A DNA stretch of 64,000 nt from Octopus bimaculoides (lineage: Eukaryota): positions 137,157,167 to 137,221,166 of the forward strand of contig NC_068981.1 in NCBI RefSeq assembly GCF_001194135.2. Reading direction: 5' to 3'. Both the position numbers and the translations under genes were made by a program. Under the pieces are notes generated by a model. That model worked only from the letters and a program-made list of their open reading frames with translations, searched no databases and was not told the origin of the DNA. Below, piece after piece: positions 50,445 to 64,000 of this stretch. How positions within the stretch are numbered: the stretch's first letter is position 1; each line of letters begins with the position of its first letter.

Positions 50445-51834
50445 CGCGCGCGTGCGCACACATTTGTTTGTCCCTCCTACTCATGGACAACTGGTGTTGG
50501 TTTGTCTACATCCTTCTAACTCAGTAATTTTAGCAAAAAAATTACCGATAGAATAAGTACCAGATTAAAAACAATAAATGCTGGTGTGAATTTGTTTGAC
50601 AGGCCACAATCCAATGAATGAAACAAGTAAATGATAAAAGAAATAACGATATGTTTCTATGACTTCTGTTCAGAATCAACAGATTAAAGCAGTGAGTCTG
50701 GCAATAACACCAAGTTATCATACTAGGATTTACAGTCAGCAGACAAGAGAACTGTGCAGAAATATTTTGCATGTGTATGAGGTCTTTGTTTTCACATGAG
50801 ACATCAACTTAAATTTATTTACAATGCTGGTATTCATATTATACACTGAATAGTGACGTGATCAATCCACCCTAGAACAATCATTAGCTGGTGTGTTTTC
50901 AAAGGAGTGTGTGTGTGTGCTTGGTTGTGTGTGGGGTGTCTATGTGTGTTAGTGAGTGCTGCAGATTTTAAGCTCAGAGCAAGATACAGTAGATAAGTCA
51001 CATGCAGTTTCTTGCACATGACTTTTTAAGAAAAAAAAAACAACAAAACCATATGTAAAAAAAAACAACAACAAAAAACCTGATTTATCTACAAGTCAGC
51101 ATCATCATCATTTAATGTCTGTCTTCGATGCTGGCATGAGTGGAACAGTTTGACACGAACTGACAACCAAATAACTGCACCAGGCTCCATTGTCTGCTTT
51201 GGCATAGTTTCTATGCCTGGGTGCCCTTCTTAATGCCAATCACTTTACAGAGTGTACTTGGTGCTTTTTGTGTTGCACCAGCACTGGTGCCTTTTGCATA
51301 GCTCTGGCAGGGTTGCCAACTAACTTAATCCCCTCAACTGGGGGACAGAGTCGTACTGGAGGAGGCTTTGTGCTAGTTGAGAGGTTAAAGTATAATAGAG
51401 GGATAGAGACAGGTGTCTTACTCTAGGGGAGATACTTGGCTACCTAAGTAGGAAGAGGAAGGAGACACAGAGACAGAAAGAGGACATCTCTACAAGACAT
51501 TCCCACAGTAGGAAGAATAGAAGTAGTATAGAGGGAGACAGGGGTTGTTTTATAAGAGTGTGAAAGGAGATATTTAGAGATGAAGATAAGGAGACTGTAG
51601 CAAGTGATGTGAGAGAAACTGAAGTGGGTGGTGGTGGCCATGGTAGATATAAGAGGGCATTGAGAATGTGCGGGTAGGCGTGTGAGGGAGAGTAGAGGGA
51701 CCTGTAACAGGTGGTGGTCACGGTTGTTGGAAGGTAGGTTGTGGGAGGACTTCTGACAAGGAACAGATTGTGCGTGCAGTATTTGCAGAGTAGATCATCA
51801 CCAAATTACTCAAATTATATGGTTTCACTTATAT

Positions 51835-52175
<341 letters not shown>

Positions 52176-52652
52176 GATAGGGACACTACTTTTCTCTATG
52201 GTTCAGTAGACAAGTGATAACCAGTAGAATGCAAAAAGTCTTAACTGAAAAACATGTAAGGGTTGGTGACAGGAAGAGCACCTTGTCATAAAATACGTGC
52301 CAGCATGGACAGAGTTAAAAATGACGATGTTTTACTTGTTTCAGTCACTGAATGAACTGCAGCCATGCTGGAGCACTATCTCGAAAGATTTAGTCAAAGA
52401 AACGAACTTTAGTGCTTATTTTCCTTTCTTCAGTGTGGTACTTATTGTGTCCATCTCTTTAGCTGAACCACTAAGTTACAGGGATGTAAACAAAACAACA
52501 CCGGTTGTCAAGCAGTGGTGGGAGACTAACACAAATATAAGACACACACATACACACACACATATATCATGTGATCGCATGACCATCAGGCTATTGGATG
52601 TTGTTCTACATTGCTGGTTACAATGTGCTTTTGCATCATTTTTAGCTTTTGA

Positions 52653-52850
52653 ATTCTTTTCTACTCTAGGCACAAGGCCTGAAATTTTTGGGGAGGGGAG
52701 CAGTCGATTAGATCAACGCCAGTACACAGCTGGTACTTAATTTATCAACTCCAAACGGATGAAAGGTAAAGTCAAACTTCGGCAGAATTTGAACTCAGAA
52801 CGTAAAGACAGACGAAATACCGCCCGGCATGCCAACGTTTCTGCCAGCTC
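52653..52850 (-). mobile_element. tRNA-derived SINE with Deu/Nin-like domain (representative)
   Basis: Minus strand GAGCTGGCAGAAACGTTGGC...GAGTTCAAATTC...TTTCATCC..T.G.G.TGATAAATTAAGTACC. Copies at ~12464-12868, 25040-25255, 25750-25975, 29645-29870, 37180-37395, 54510-54730, 55600-55820. Confidence 0.75.
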
Positions 52851-53222
52851 AATGCCATGTCAGCTTTTGAATGATGCCACTCTGTTGGCTAGATGAGTAA
52901 GCCAACATTCTCCCTAATCAGAAGGCTAGTCCATTGCAGGGTCACCCATTTACAGCCGAGTGGACTGGAGCAATGTGAAATGAAGTGTCTTGCTCAAGAG
53001 TGTAACATGTAGCTGGTCTGGGAATTGAAACTACGATCTCATGATTGCAAGTGCAACAGACCTAACCACTAGGCCACATGCGTTCACACACACACACACA
53101 CACACACAAGTGCATATGCTCACTGGGCTTTCACAGTTTCCATCTACCAAATTCACTCATAAGGTTTTGATTTGCAGGGATGTAGTAGAAGACACTTAAT
53201 GAACGTATTGAAGATATATAAG

Positions 53223-53286
<64 letters not shown>

Positions 53287-55958
53287 TGTGTACGTGTGTA
53301 TATAGATATTTATGAAATAAAAGCAGGTTTGAAGAAAAAAATCATTAGGCTGTCGCATATACTTTCTGGGTATTTAGTGGATCTACCAACTGAAAACTCT
53401 TAAAGGGATCCTCTACGTGAACACTCAAATTGCTAAAAATAGCAGCCAAGCTTTCATCAACACACTGCACAATCTCAAAAGAATAAATAAAAGACATTTG
53501 ATAATGTAGTCTTAAATACCTCTAAAACGACAAGAGAATCATGGTTATTTGGATCCTAGGTCTACTCAATCAGGGCTAACCAGTGGCTAAACAACAACAA
53601 CAACAACAACATCAGCAGCAGTGGTAGCAAAAGTCAACATGGTGAATCATCAGATGCTACAGAATGTAGAAATCTGCAGGAATAACCACTTATCCAATTA
53701 TGTAATATGAAGATGGCAGACGGTGCTAAGTGCAGTACCCACTTCAACAGACTCCAACCTCTGCAACAGATATCTGATGGAGCCTCAAATACTACAAAGC
53801 TCGCCATCAACCCACTTTCAAGAGCAATTCAAACAGCACCAAATACCCCCACTATATTCTGCAGAAGAACAGCGAGTCCTGAAGAGAGGCAACAGAAGAT
53901 CAAAAGCATATTGGTGCTAGGTTTCAATTGACTAGACTCTGGTGTTTTTTGCTCTACTTAAGTGTTTTATCATGTTTTAAGGTTGCACCACCGTCATCAC
54001 TTCAGCAGCTACCACCACCACCACCACCATCACTATCAGCAGCACCACTACCATCACCATCACCATTTCATTTAATGCATCTTCAATGTAGGCATGAGGT
54101 GGATGGCATGATAAGATCTTAGGAGTCAAAAGACTACATTGTGCTCCAAAGTCTGTGAAGATGCATGGGTTAGTGGCTAGGGTAATCAGCTCATAATCAC
54201 AAGATCGCGTGTTCAATTCATGGCAGTGTGTTGTGTCCTTGAGTGAAACACTTTATTTCTTGTTGCTCCATTTCACTCAACCGGCAAAAATGAGTTTTAC
54301 CTGCAATTCAAAGGGCCAGCCTCATCAAACTCTGTATCATGCTGAATCTCCCCGAGAGCTACATTAGGGGTACATGTGTCTGTGGAGTATTTAACCACTT
54401 GCATGTTAATTCCATGTGCAGCCTGTTTGGTAGGTCATATCAACTGAAACACTCATCATTGTAACTGACAGAGAACCAATGTTTACTCTGATATAGTTTC
54501 TTATTTCTTTACTGACCACAATGGGCTACACACAGAGGGGACAAACAAAGACAGACAAACGGATTAAGTCGATTATATCGACCCCAGTACGTAACTGGTA
54601 CTTATTTAATTGACCCCGAAAGGATGAAAGGTAAAGTCGACCTTGGCGGAATTTGAACTCAGAACGTAACGGCAGACGAAATACCGCTAAGCATTTCGCC
54701 CGGCATGCTAACATTTCTGCCAGCTCGCAGATATAGTTTCTATGTAAGCTTTGGTATGGTTTCTATTTGTTGGAGACCCTTGATACCAACTAATTTGCAG
54801 GGTATACAGGGTGCTCTTTTTGTGTGGCATCAGCACTAATGCGGCCACTATATAACCCGCACAATTCTACTAAACCCTCTCTCACAAAACAGCAGACAAT
54901 TATAGGAAGTGTTCTCAATGTCACTTCTTGCTTAGCTTGAACATTTTAACAACTTTCGGTTCTTAATTAGAAATAAAATATTTATATTTGTAACTTATCA
55001 TATTCAACCAATCTTCCACACTCTGCCCATACATGAAATTAGCCAATAAAAGAATCTCTGTGTAGTTACTCACTATGCTACAAATAGCAGCCAATCTCCC
55101 CCAAATCACACCCACCAAGTTAACAAAGAAAGAAGAAGAAACAAAACTGAACAACACATAAGATGATATAATTTTAAATACTCCTCAAAAGACAGGATGG
55201 TCACAGTTGGAACAGCTATTATCATCACTCTTCTTAATCAGGGTGACGGCAATGGGGAAAAGACTGATAATGGTAAAGAGTGTTTTCGCACTTGGTGTGC
55301 ATGAAGTTATTAAAGAGAGATTAGTAACATAGGGAAGGACATTTATGGAGGAAATCTGTCAAATGTGTGTGTTGTGGAGGTGGATGCTAAGCAGGGGTTT
55401 CTGCTGGATTAAAATAATCCATTGAGCTACAATAGGCTAAGAACCATCAGATTATAACAAGTGTTTGGATAAACTAGCTGCTTGTAGTAGAAATGTTATA
55501 TATCCCTTGCTTAGTTGGCCGCAAAGGATTTTTTAAACAGAAGTGAAGCCTCTTCCTTTATCTTTCCTTATCCAACATTTCAATATTTGTAGAGTGATGG
55601 TTGTAAGCTAGCAGAATCGTTAACACTCCAGGCAAAATGCTTAGCAACGTTTCTGTCTGTCTTTATTTTCTGAGTTCAAATTCCACCGAGGTTAACATTG
55701 CCTTTCATCCTTTCAAGGTCGATAAAATAAGAACTCGTTGAGCGCTGGAGTCAATTTAATCGACTTAACCCCTGCCCTGAAACTGCTGGCTTTGTGCCAA
55801 AATTTGAAACCAATATTTGAAGAGTGACTGATATTGTAGGAAATGTAGATACTACTGCATCGTTTTTCTCTGTTCTGACTTCATTGCTGAATTTCCAAAT
55901 ACTCAGATTTAAAAAAAATTTTTTTAATAAATAAAGAAAGAAGTAATTTCAGTCTTAC

Positions 55959-55996
55959 CTTGAATTATATTCTTCCTGTTAGCTACAGTCTCCCCA
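55959..55996 (-). CDS. TIGAR: TIGAR-like histidine phosphatase, internal 38-nt coding exon (equivalent to vertebrate exon 2)
   Basis: Minus strand reads tttcag|T GGG GAG ACT GTA GCT AAC AGG AAG AAT ATA ATT CAA G|gtaaga = (H)GETVANRKNIIQ(G). This matches TIGAR RH-GETRFNKEKIIQG, with a phase-2 start and phase-1 end. Confidence 0.9.
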
Positions 55997-56176
55997 CTGA
56001 AATAATGAAAAAAATAAAAAAGGAGATATTTAGACACAAGTAAAACAAGCAGAGCAAAATATGTTCCATAAAATCAAATATCAACAATCAAATAACAGAA
56101 TGACAAATTAAAATCTAGGGAAACAAGGTTACATTAATTAAATAAATTAATGAAGAAATTCTTGTGTGTGTATACG

Positions 56177-56242
<66 letters not shown>

Positions 56243-58514
56243 AGTAAATCATTGCGACTATTTAACATCTGGTTTTGAAAAAGTTTTGACATTTAGCAGT
56301 TAATTTTTTTCTTCTAATTATTAACTGCATAACTTTGCTAACAACCAAAATTAACTTGAACTGGATTACTAGACATGCTACAGCAAGTACATAATGAACA
56401 TAGACTAAACATACAGAGTGATGGAAGCCAATGAAGGAGCCTATACATGGCTGCACATGCTAGAAATGACAGCCAAATACACCGCCCTCGTCCCCACCAT
56501 ACCCTACTCTTTTAAGAAACGAAGATAACATTGATTGGATAATGAAGTCCTAGAAAGGGATGGTCAATATCAGAATGGCTTTTGATCGCGAAATGAAACA
56601 GCATTTAAGCTCGCTAATGAAAATACTTTACATCATTCAAAAAGATGCTAAAAATGGCAGTCAATTTTCTCACAGACTAAACCCTACTCCTTTAAAAAGA
56701 AAAATGCACTTAGGATAATGTTGTCCAAGGTGGACTATTTCTGAGAAAAAGACCGACTGACATGGCATTTGATCAGTGGTTGATTTTACCAGGGCTGACC
56801 TGGGACTACAAAATAGATTTGAACACACCAAGCTGAGACACCAGTGGTGACCCTCTTCGGCACAAGTCCAGGCAAGGTTGTTTATGGAAGACCAGCAGTC
56901 ACCCATACATACCAGCCTCCTCTCTCCATGCCTCCAATGTTATCCAAGGAAAAGGCAAAGGCCGATACAACTTGGCACAAGTGATGTTGCCACTCATTTC
57001 TACAGCTGAGTGAACTGGAGCAATGTGAAATAAAAGTGTCTTGCTCAAGAACACAACATGCAGCACGGTCCAGGAATCGAACTCACAACCTCACAATTGT
57101 AAGCTTGATGCTTGTTCTAACCACTGAGCCATGCACAAACACAGTCTCTTAGGCTGAACTGCTTAGTTATGGGAACATAAACACACCACCAACAATTGTC
57201 AAGTGATGGTGGGAGCACAGACACACATAAATACATACACACACACACACACATACGATGAACTTCTTTCAGTTTCTGTCTACCAAATCCACTCACAAGG
57301 TGCCATGCAGTGGGACTGATCCTAGAACCATGTGATTGGAAAGCAAGCTTCTCACTACACAGCCACACCTAATAATCAAGACTGCATAACTATCACTTGA
57401 CTGATAACAGTAATGTGGTCTAAATCTGTTGCTCTGGTCTGTCTCCGACTGATGTTTATAATGTCTCAAATCATTAATTTTAAGAAAAAATAATTAGCAG
57501 TTAATTAACAATATAGTATTTGATGAAGAGTAATTATTATAAACAATAAAGCTGCAACATCAACAGAGTTTATATCATAAGAGGAATTTATACTATAAAC
57601 AGGCAAATGGCAGCATATATGACCAGGTCATAGACTAATCAGTTAAATTTTCTATTTAGAATGTAGTTTATTAGTCTAAATAACTTCTAATTATACTCAA
57701 TACAGAAAAAGAAAATCTACTTGTAAGTAATTAATTATTTATTTATTACCGTAATAATGATAATGATGATAATAATAGTAACGATTTATAACAGATGCAA
57801 GGCCACAAATTTTGGAGGAAAGAGTTAATTATCTTGAGCCTGAACTTGGTGGTGTTTTATTTTTTCGCTCTCAGAAGGACGAAAGACAAGGCAGACATCA
57901 GCCGGATTTGAACTCAGAACAAATAGTACAGGGGAAATTTGTCCAACTCACTAATAACTCTGTCTATCCACTGCCACGATAAGGATGGTTTTTAACAGAG
58001 GTACAAGGACTGGAAATTGGGTGGAGGGGGGTGTTAATCAATATCATTGATCTCAGTACCTGACTGGTACTTCATTTTAATGACTCAGAAAGGACAAAAG
58101 ACAAAGTTGACTTTGGTAGGATTTGAACTTAATACACAGAGGGCCACAACAAATAATGCAAGTCTGACACAAACAATTCAGCCAAACTATCATCATCACC
58201 ATCATTATGATGATGATGGTGGTGATGTTAATGATAATTGCTTGTAATATAGGCAAAAAGCCAGCAGTTTTGCAGGAAAGGGAATTGTTGATATCATCAC
58301 CCCCCCCCCCCNNNNNNNNNNNNNNNNNNNNNNNNNNNNNNNNNNNNNNNNNNNNNNNNNNNNNNNNNNNNNNNNNNNNNNNNNNNNNNNNNNNNNNNNN
58401 NNNNNNNNNNNNNNNNNNNNNNNNNNNNNNNNNNNNNNNNNNNNNNNNNNNNNNNNNNNNNNNNNNNNNNNNNNNNNNNNNNNNNNNNNNNNNNNNNNNN
58501 NNNNNNNNNNNNNN

Positions 58515-58547
<33 letters not shown>

Positions 58548-60302
58548 TCCAAAGCAACAACAAAATTAAAGCCACTGTATAAAAGAAGGTCAATTACTAC
58601 ATCTTGTTGATTGTTATTTACTCAAAAGGAACTACCCTCTCCCAATGACTTTTAAGATTTCGGTTAGATTAGCCAAAATGAGTGGAGCAGGTCAGCTTGA
58701 TCTTGCAGTATGGTAAAACAACAGCTGTATCACAAACAGCGAAGAGCTAACAACATAAAGCCTGACAGTTGGCTGCCACTTGTGGATATAAAAATAAAAT
58801 ATCCCAATCTCAAGTCTCTGCCTCCTGCTAAGTAAGCATTCCATAGTAGTTGCTTAATAAATGACGACGACGATGGCAAAAAGAACACAAAGAAAATAAT
58901 ATAAAAAAGAAAAACAATCAACAGTATAGGTTTTTTTTTCTCCTCTCAAATAGATATGTATGACATATGCTCTCTTATTCTCTCTCTCTTGCTATCTTTC
59001 ACTCATTTCTTCTGTCTCATGTACATAAATCATTTCCTCCCTATCTTTCTCTGCCTCTCTGTCACTCGCTCTCTCTCACTCATGTATAGCCGTACATTGA
59101 GTCATAGAAGTATACACACAGAACTATACAAGTTTCATAAAAGAAAAAAGAAAAAGAAAAAAGAAAAAGAAAAAAGAAAAAGAAAAAAAAACACACAGCA
59201 AATACTGAAAATGTTTTGTATTAGTACAGAAGCATCACAATCATCATCATTATCATCACCGTTCTCATCATTTAACATCCATATTCCATGCTGGCATGGG
59301 TTGGACAATTCAACAGAAAAAAAAAAAAACGAGCCAGAGACTGTACCAAGCTCCGATATTGAAATTAAAAAATGATGCAGAGTTGACCATGTAGGGTGGT
59401 TATGAAGTTTGTTTCACAACTGCATGGTTTCAGGTCCAGTTCCACCACACAGTACCTTGGGCATGTGTCTTCTACCACAGCCCTGGGTAGCCCAATATCT
59501 TAAGACTAAATTTGGTAGAAGGAAATTGAGTAGAAGCCTGTTATATAAATATGTTTTTAAAAAAACCCAAAAGCCTGTAAGTGGTTGCTTGAAATGCTAG
59601 AAATAGACACACTGAACTATTAAGTTACCTAACATAAAAAATGAAATGACAGAATTATGGATATACAATTCACTTTGAGAATATGAAGTTTTGAATTCTA
59701 TCTCAATGCGTGGCATCTTGGGCATGTACCTGCTACTGTAGCCTCAGGTCAAATAATGCCTTGTGGGTGGAATTAGTAGATAGAAATTGTAAGGAAGTAC
59801 AAGAGTATGTTTGTGTGTGTATGTGTTTAGACATATACATACATGTATATCACCTCTTCAGTAAGACATGCTCTTTTCCTATCATAATTTCATAAACAAC
59901 CAGTCTATATCCCACTCAGTAGATGGGTTCTTATCTTGAAGGTACTTGGCAACCTCATTGGTGCTGGTGCCACATAAAAAGCACCCAGTACACACTGTTA
60001 AGTGGCTGCTATTAGGAAGGGCATCCAGCAAGAGAAACTACACCAAAGCAGACATAGAACCTGGTGGAGGCCTGTGGTTTGTCTCTTCTTGTCAAACCAT
60101 CCAACCCCTGCCAGCATGGAAATAAATAAAAAATAAATGTTTCCTTCTTGAGCCATGCCAGGCTCATAAAGGCTGGTTTCCCAGTTTCAATGGCGTATAT
60201 ATTCCTCACCTGGATGGGACGCCGATCCATCACCAAATTACTCGTTTTTGCCAGCTGAGTGGACTGGAGCAATGTGAAGTGAAGTGTTTTGCTCAAGAAT
60301 AT

Positions 60303-60520
60303 GGTCAATGCTGCCATAATCTTTGCCTTCAGTTTATCTTTGATGTTACAAGGAGTTTTGTTGGTCCCTCAATCAACTGCACTCCACACATAATAATTAA
60401 GGGGGCTGCAGTCTGGAGAGTTAGGGTTGCAGTCTGGGAGATGTTAGGGGTAATGTGGTCGCAGATATTGTCTGACAGCTACGACTGGGTTTTCCTGCTT
60501 GTGTGGCATGGTGCATGATA
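60303..60520 (-). mobile_element. Tc1/mariner (maT/DD37D-like) transposase fossil
   Basis: Minus strand translates APCHTSRKTQS*LSDN..HITPNI / PNSPDCSPLNYYVWSAVD*GTNKTPCNIKDKLKAKIMAA, which includes the SPDxxPLDYxVW motif. It has stops and a ~21-bp tandem duplication. Confidence 0.75.
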
Positions 60521-60866
60521 GAAATTTAGTGTAGACATGGTTTTAGTTTGCTGTTTTGCCTGATCTTTTTCTAATTTCTTTTCTCAGGGGTGAATAACAG
60601 TGGAGCAGGTCAAGCAAGATGACTTTAGTTAATTGCTAATTATCAATGACAACTGACAACCCAGCAGACATGTCAGACCGAGAGAGACACAAATTAACTT
60701 TGGTTTGTATAGGCACAGGCATGGATGTATGGTTAAGAAGCTCACTTGCAACCCTGTGGTTTGGGGTTCAGTCCTACAGCACATTGGGCAAGTGTCTTCT
60801 ACTAGAGCAGTGGGTCGATCAATGCCTTATGAGTGAATTTGGTAGATAGAAACTGTGTGGAAGCTT

Positions 60867-60897
<31 letters not shown>

Positions 60898-61562
60898 AAG
60901 AGAAAGAGAGTGTGTGTGTGTGTTTGCGTCTGTCACCCACCCGCTGTTTGACAACCAGTGTTGATTTGTTTACAGCTTCCATAGCTTAGCAGTTCAGCAA
61001 AAGAGACAGATAGAACAGGTGCCAGACTTAAAAAAAAAACCCCATAAATACTAGGGTCCCATTTTCCCCTATACACAGGAAGGAAAGACCATTGTCCAAG
61101 CACCCCATTATGTAAGATGGTGTAGGATTAATTGAGCGAGATTTGGTCATTATTTCTAGTAGGTTTGGTAACCATGTAGAGGGCACTGTCTAAATAAGGC
61201 AAAGGCAACCTTTACCCTGAAATGGGCCACGTGATTCATGGCTCATCATCAAATGGGCTGCACTACAAAAAAATTTCAAAGCAATTTTTTATTGAGCATG
61301 CCATTCAAAAAGCCCCACAGGCCACAACCTGCTCATGGCTGATCTAAATGTCTCTTTGTAGTGGGGTATGTTATGTTCAAGTTGCAAGTGGTGGGGAGGG
61401 TCATATGGGTTGAGCTATGAACCAGGTCTTTAAAATGTTTAAGTATACTTTTAGTTTAGCGGTTTTGGTCGACAATTAGTTTCATCAAGGATTATAGTTT
61501 TTATGGTTTACAAGTTCATTATTTACATTTGACGGATATTTGTCCCCATCTAGTTTGTTGTT

Positions 61563-61608
61563 AACACAACGTTTCGGCTGATATACTCTCCAGCCTTCAT
61601 CAGGTGTC
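61563..61608 (-). ncRNA. Minimal type-I hammerhead ribozyme motif (minus-strand copy, sense to TIGAR transcription)
   Basis: The reverse complement of 61563-61608 is identical to 61673-61718. Confidence 0.7.
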
Positions 61609-61672
61609 TTCGGGAAATTTTGAACCCAGGTTTGAAATTAGGAATGAGAACCACAGTTCGAAATTTCCCCAA

Positions 61673-61718
61673 GACACCTGATGAAGGCTGGAGAGTATAT
61701 CAGCCGAAACGTTGTGTT
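61673..61718 (+). ncRNA. Minimal type-I hammerhead ribozyme motif (plus-strand copy)
   Basis: GACAC-CUGAUGA-A-GGCUG(gagaguauau)CAGCC-GAAAC-GUU-GUGUU. Stem I GACAC/GUGUU, stem II GGCUG/CAGCC, core CUGAUGA...GAAA, palindromic AACGUU stem III, putative GUU cleavage triplet at 61711-61713. Confidence 0.7.
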
Positions 61719-64000
61719 AAAAACAAACCAAGATGAGGACAAATATCCGTCAAATGTAAATAATGTACATAATTCCTCATTTCTCAAATATAGAACTTGT
61801 TTATAAGTTGTTATAAGGCATAGCAGATCTAGACGAGTTCAGACCATTACAAACTTGCAAGAAAAAAAAAAAAAAAGATAAAGATCCCTTCCAAGTCATA
61901 TAGACTCATAGGGCTAGTTCCCTACTTTCTTGGATGGGATGCCAGTCAATCACAGGATTACTCATTTTTGATGGCTGAGTGGAATGGAGCAACATGAAAT
62001 GAAGGGCTCACCCAAGAACACAGTGTATTGCCCAGTCCAGGAATCAAAACCAAAATCTTATGATCATGAGTCCAACACCCCTAGCCACATGCCTTCACTA
62101 ACTTGCAAGGACTACTTGGAAATTAATGATAAGTTTTCTTCGTTCTGATTTAGCTTTTGTGTGGGTTGATTCCCACAAAATGTTTTTATTTCATTTCTGT
62201 TTTCACTGACTTGAGCAAATCCTGTTGCGGTTATAATACAGAGTGATCAGAATGAGTGTGAGAAATACAAATGGTGAGCTACTTTCTCATGATCGATAAA
62301 TGAAAATAGATACGGCCTCACAACGAAACTAATTATTGTACTTGAATAACAGCTGAGCACAGATACAAATGACTGTGTGTATCCAATTGTAAACATATGT
62401 CAACAACCCATGCATGCATTTTCAGAAACACTCAACACTTGTTTGCATGGGAAAACATATGCAAATATCTTTTTTTTTCTTCCTTTTCTGATACCAAGGG
62501 AACTGTGCCAATTTTTATTGTGAAGTTTTATACTAACTCAAAAACTAAATCAGTGAGTTTTGATGATAAATAAGGTTAATTTGGTTTATATATGACCAGA
62601 CTACTACAATCCTTTACACTTAGTTTTTTTCTTTTTTTTTTTATCTAAATGACAGAGAAAGAGATCCTGAACAAAAAATAGAGAGAGAGGCACAAGTGTG
62701 ATAAGAAGGTTGCTTCCAAACCACATGGTTCTGGGTTCAGTCCCACTGTGTGGCACTTTGGATAAGTGTCTTCTATAGCCCCAAGTTGACCAATGCCTTG
62801 TGAGTAGAGTTGGAAAACTGAAACTGTGTGAAAGTCCATTGTGTCTGCGTGTGCGTGTGTGTGTGAGTGTGTGTGTGTGTACGCACATATCTATGTGTGT
62901 GTGTATGTGTATGCAAGCACATTATGTGTGTGTTATCATCCCCTTGCACACACATGGTAGCTGAAAACAATTATCACCACCATGTAAGTGATGTCCTTTG
63001 ATTCCAATCTTCTGCAAAAACGTATCTGGTCATGGGAAAATATTACCTTACTAGGAAACAAGAGAAGGGTTGTGACAGGAAGAGCATCCCAGCCATAGAA
63101 AAAACCCACCTCAACAAATTCTGCCCCAACCATGCAAGAATGGAAAAGTGGATGTTAAAATGATGATGATAATAATGATGGAAGTATGTTATACTGTTTG
63201 CTAACAAAATAACACAAAACTGCAAAGACATTTGGAAATACTTTGCATTTTTTTTTCTCATGCTGTCTTTTAATTCTTTAGCACTCAGATTTCTCTGCCA
63301 AATGCATTGCTTATTCATTCACATTGTTTTGAATTAATCACACATTATCTTGTAGCTTCAAGATTTTAAATTGTGTATTTGTATATTTTAAGAATGACAT
63401 TGTAGGGTAGGTGTGAGAGGTTGGATCTGGTCAGTTCCAACATAAAACAGGTTGAATATTTGGGCCTCATATGGCCAAATTAAATGCTAACAGGCTAACT
63501 GAATATCAGTTATATTGTGCTTGATTGTAAACTCAACAAAAGAAGAGGAGTTAAAATCAATGTAAAAATAATTGGCTATTCATTTAACATTAAAAAAAAT
63601 ACTGTTAAAAAAATAATAGGGCTCTGTTATGTTAAGCCCTTTGCCCTTTGTGAAACGTAGGCCAGGCCACCATTAACTTTTATCCACTCCTCTCTAAGGT
63701 TTGTGGGTTTTGAATTGTGATTGACACTTTTTAAACTTGGCTTTTTTTTCTACGTTGGAGTGTTGACCATAAGCAAAGTTTCAACCTCTGGGAAGTAGTG
63801 GTCTATATAAGTTTGACCTCTGTCAGATGGCCAACTGTCAGATGTGGTCAGCATTCATGAGGCACGTGGTGAACTCACTGGTCAGAGCCAGTTCAGCCTA
63901 CCCACGGTGAATACAAGTACAGACCTGACTGCTCACAACAAAATTGAGTCCACTGAAGGTTCCCAACAACTGTGTGGCTATTTTAAAATGGTCAATGGAT

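Larger units (their letters stand above)
61510..61800. mobile_element. Fold-back (palindromic) element, Penelope-pLTR-like, with ~110-bp inverted arms
   Basis: 61517-61625 is the near-perfect reverse complement of 61656-61765, with a 30-nt spacer. Outer acaagttc / gaacttgt are also inverted. The left arm lacks a ~27-nt segment present in the right arm. Confidence 0.85.

Noticed and set aside
61187-61239. Candidate TIGAR exon 1 (MNHVAHFRVKVAFALFRH|gtgccc)
   Set aside because: It has the correct phase and ends in R-H, but the donor is weak (gtgccc) and it matches the FxLTxVRH consensus poorly. An R-CA-gt string is expected by chance in 8 kb.

Overview
AT-rich, repeat-dense eukaryotic DNA with ten N-gaps. 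The SINE/LINE repertoire and microsatellite load look like an octopus (cephalopod) draft assembly; that is an inference. I can support one protein-coding gene: a minus-strand TIGAR-like histidine phosphatase (fructose-2,6-bisphosphatase). It has four in-window coding exons (55959-55996, 44453-44649, 36859-36969, 34076-35782) with canonical, phase-compatible splice sites, and its first exon (M...RH) was not found. The last exon carries a ~400-aa low-complexity insertion inside the phosphatase fold plus a Pro/Ser-rich tail. Everything else is intronic or intergenic transposon material: tRNA-derived SINEs, RTE LINE 3' ends, a 377-bp mini-RTE, CR1/L2-like and HERO-like LINE fossils, Penelope-like fossils, two mariner-type elements, a maT-like fossil, a hAT-like MITE, and two copies of a non-autonomous Helitron-like element. 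The most notable non-coding structure is a ~290-bp fold-back element (61510-61800) whose two arms each encode an identical minimal hammerhead-ribozyme motif pointing outward. A minisatellite with a 77-bp higher-order repeat and an internal inversion lies at 12385-13730. No prokaryotic-type systems (CRISPR, operons) or true tRNA/rRNA genes were seen.
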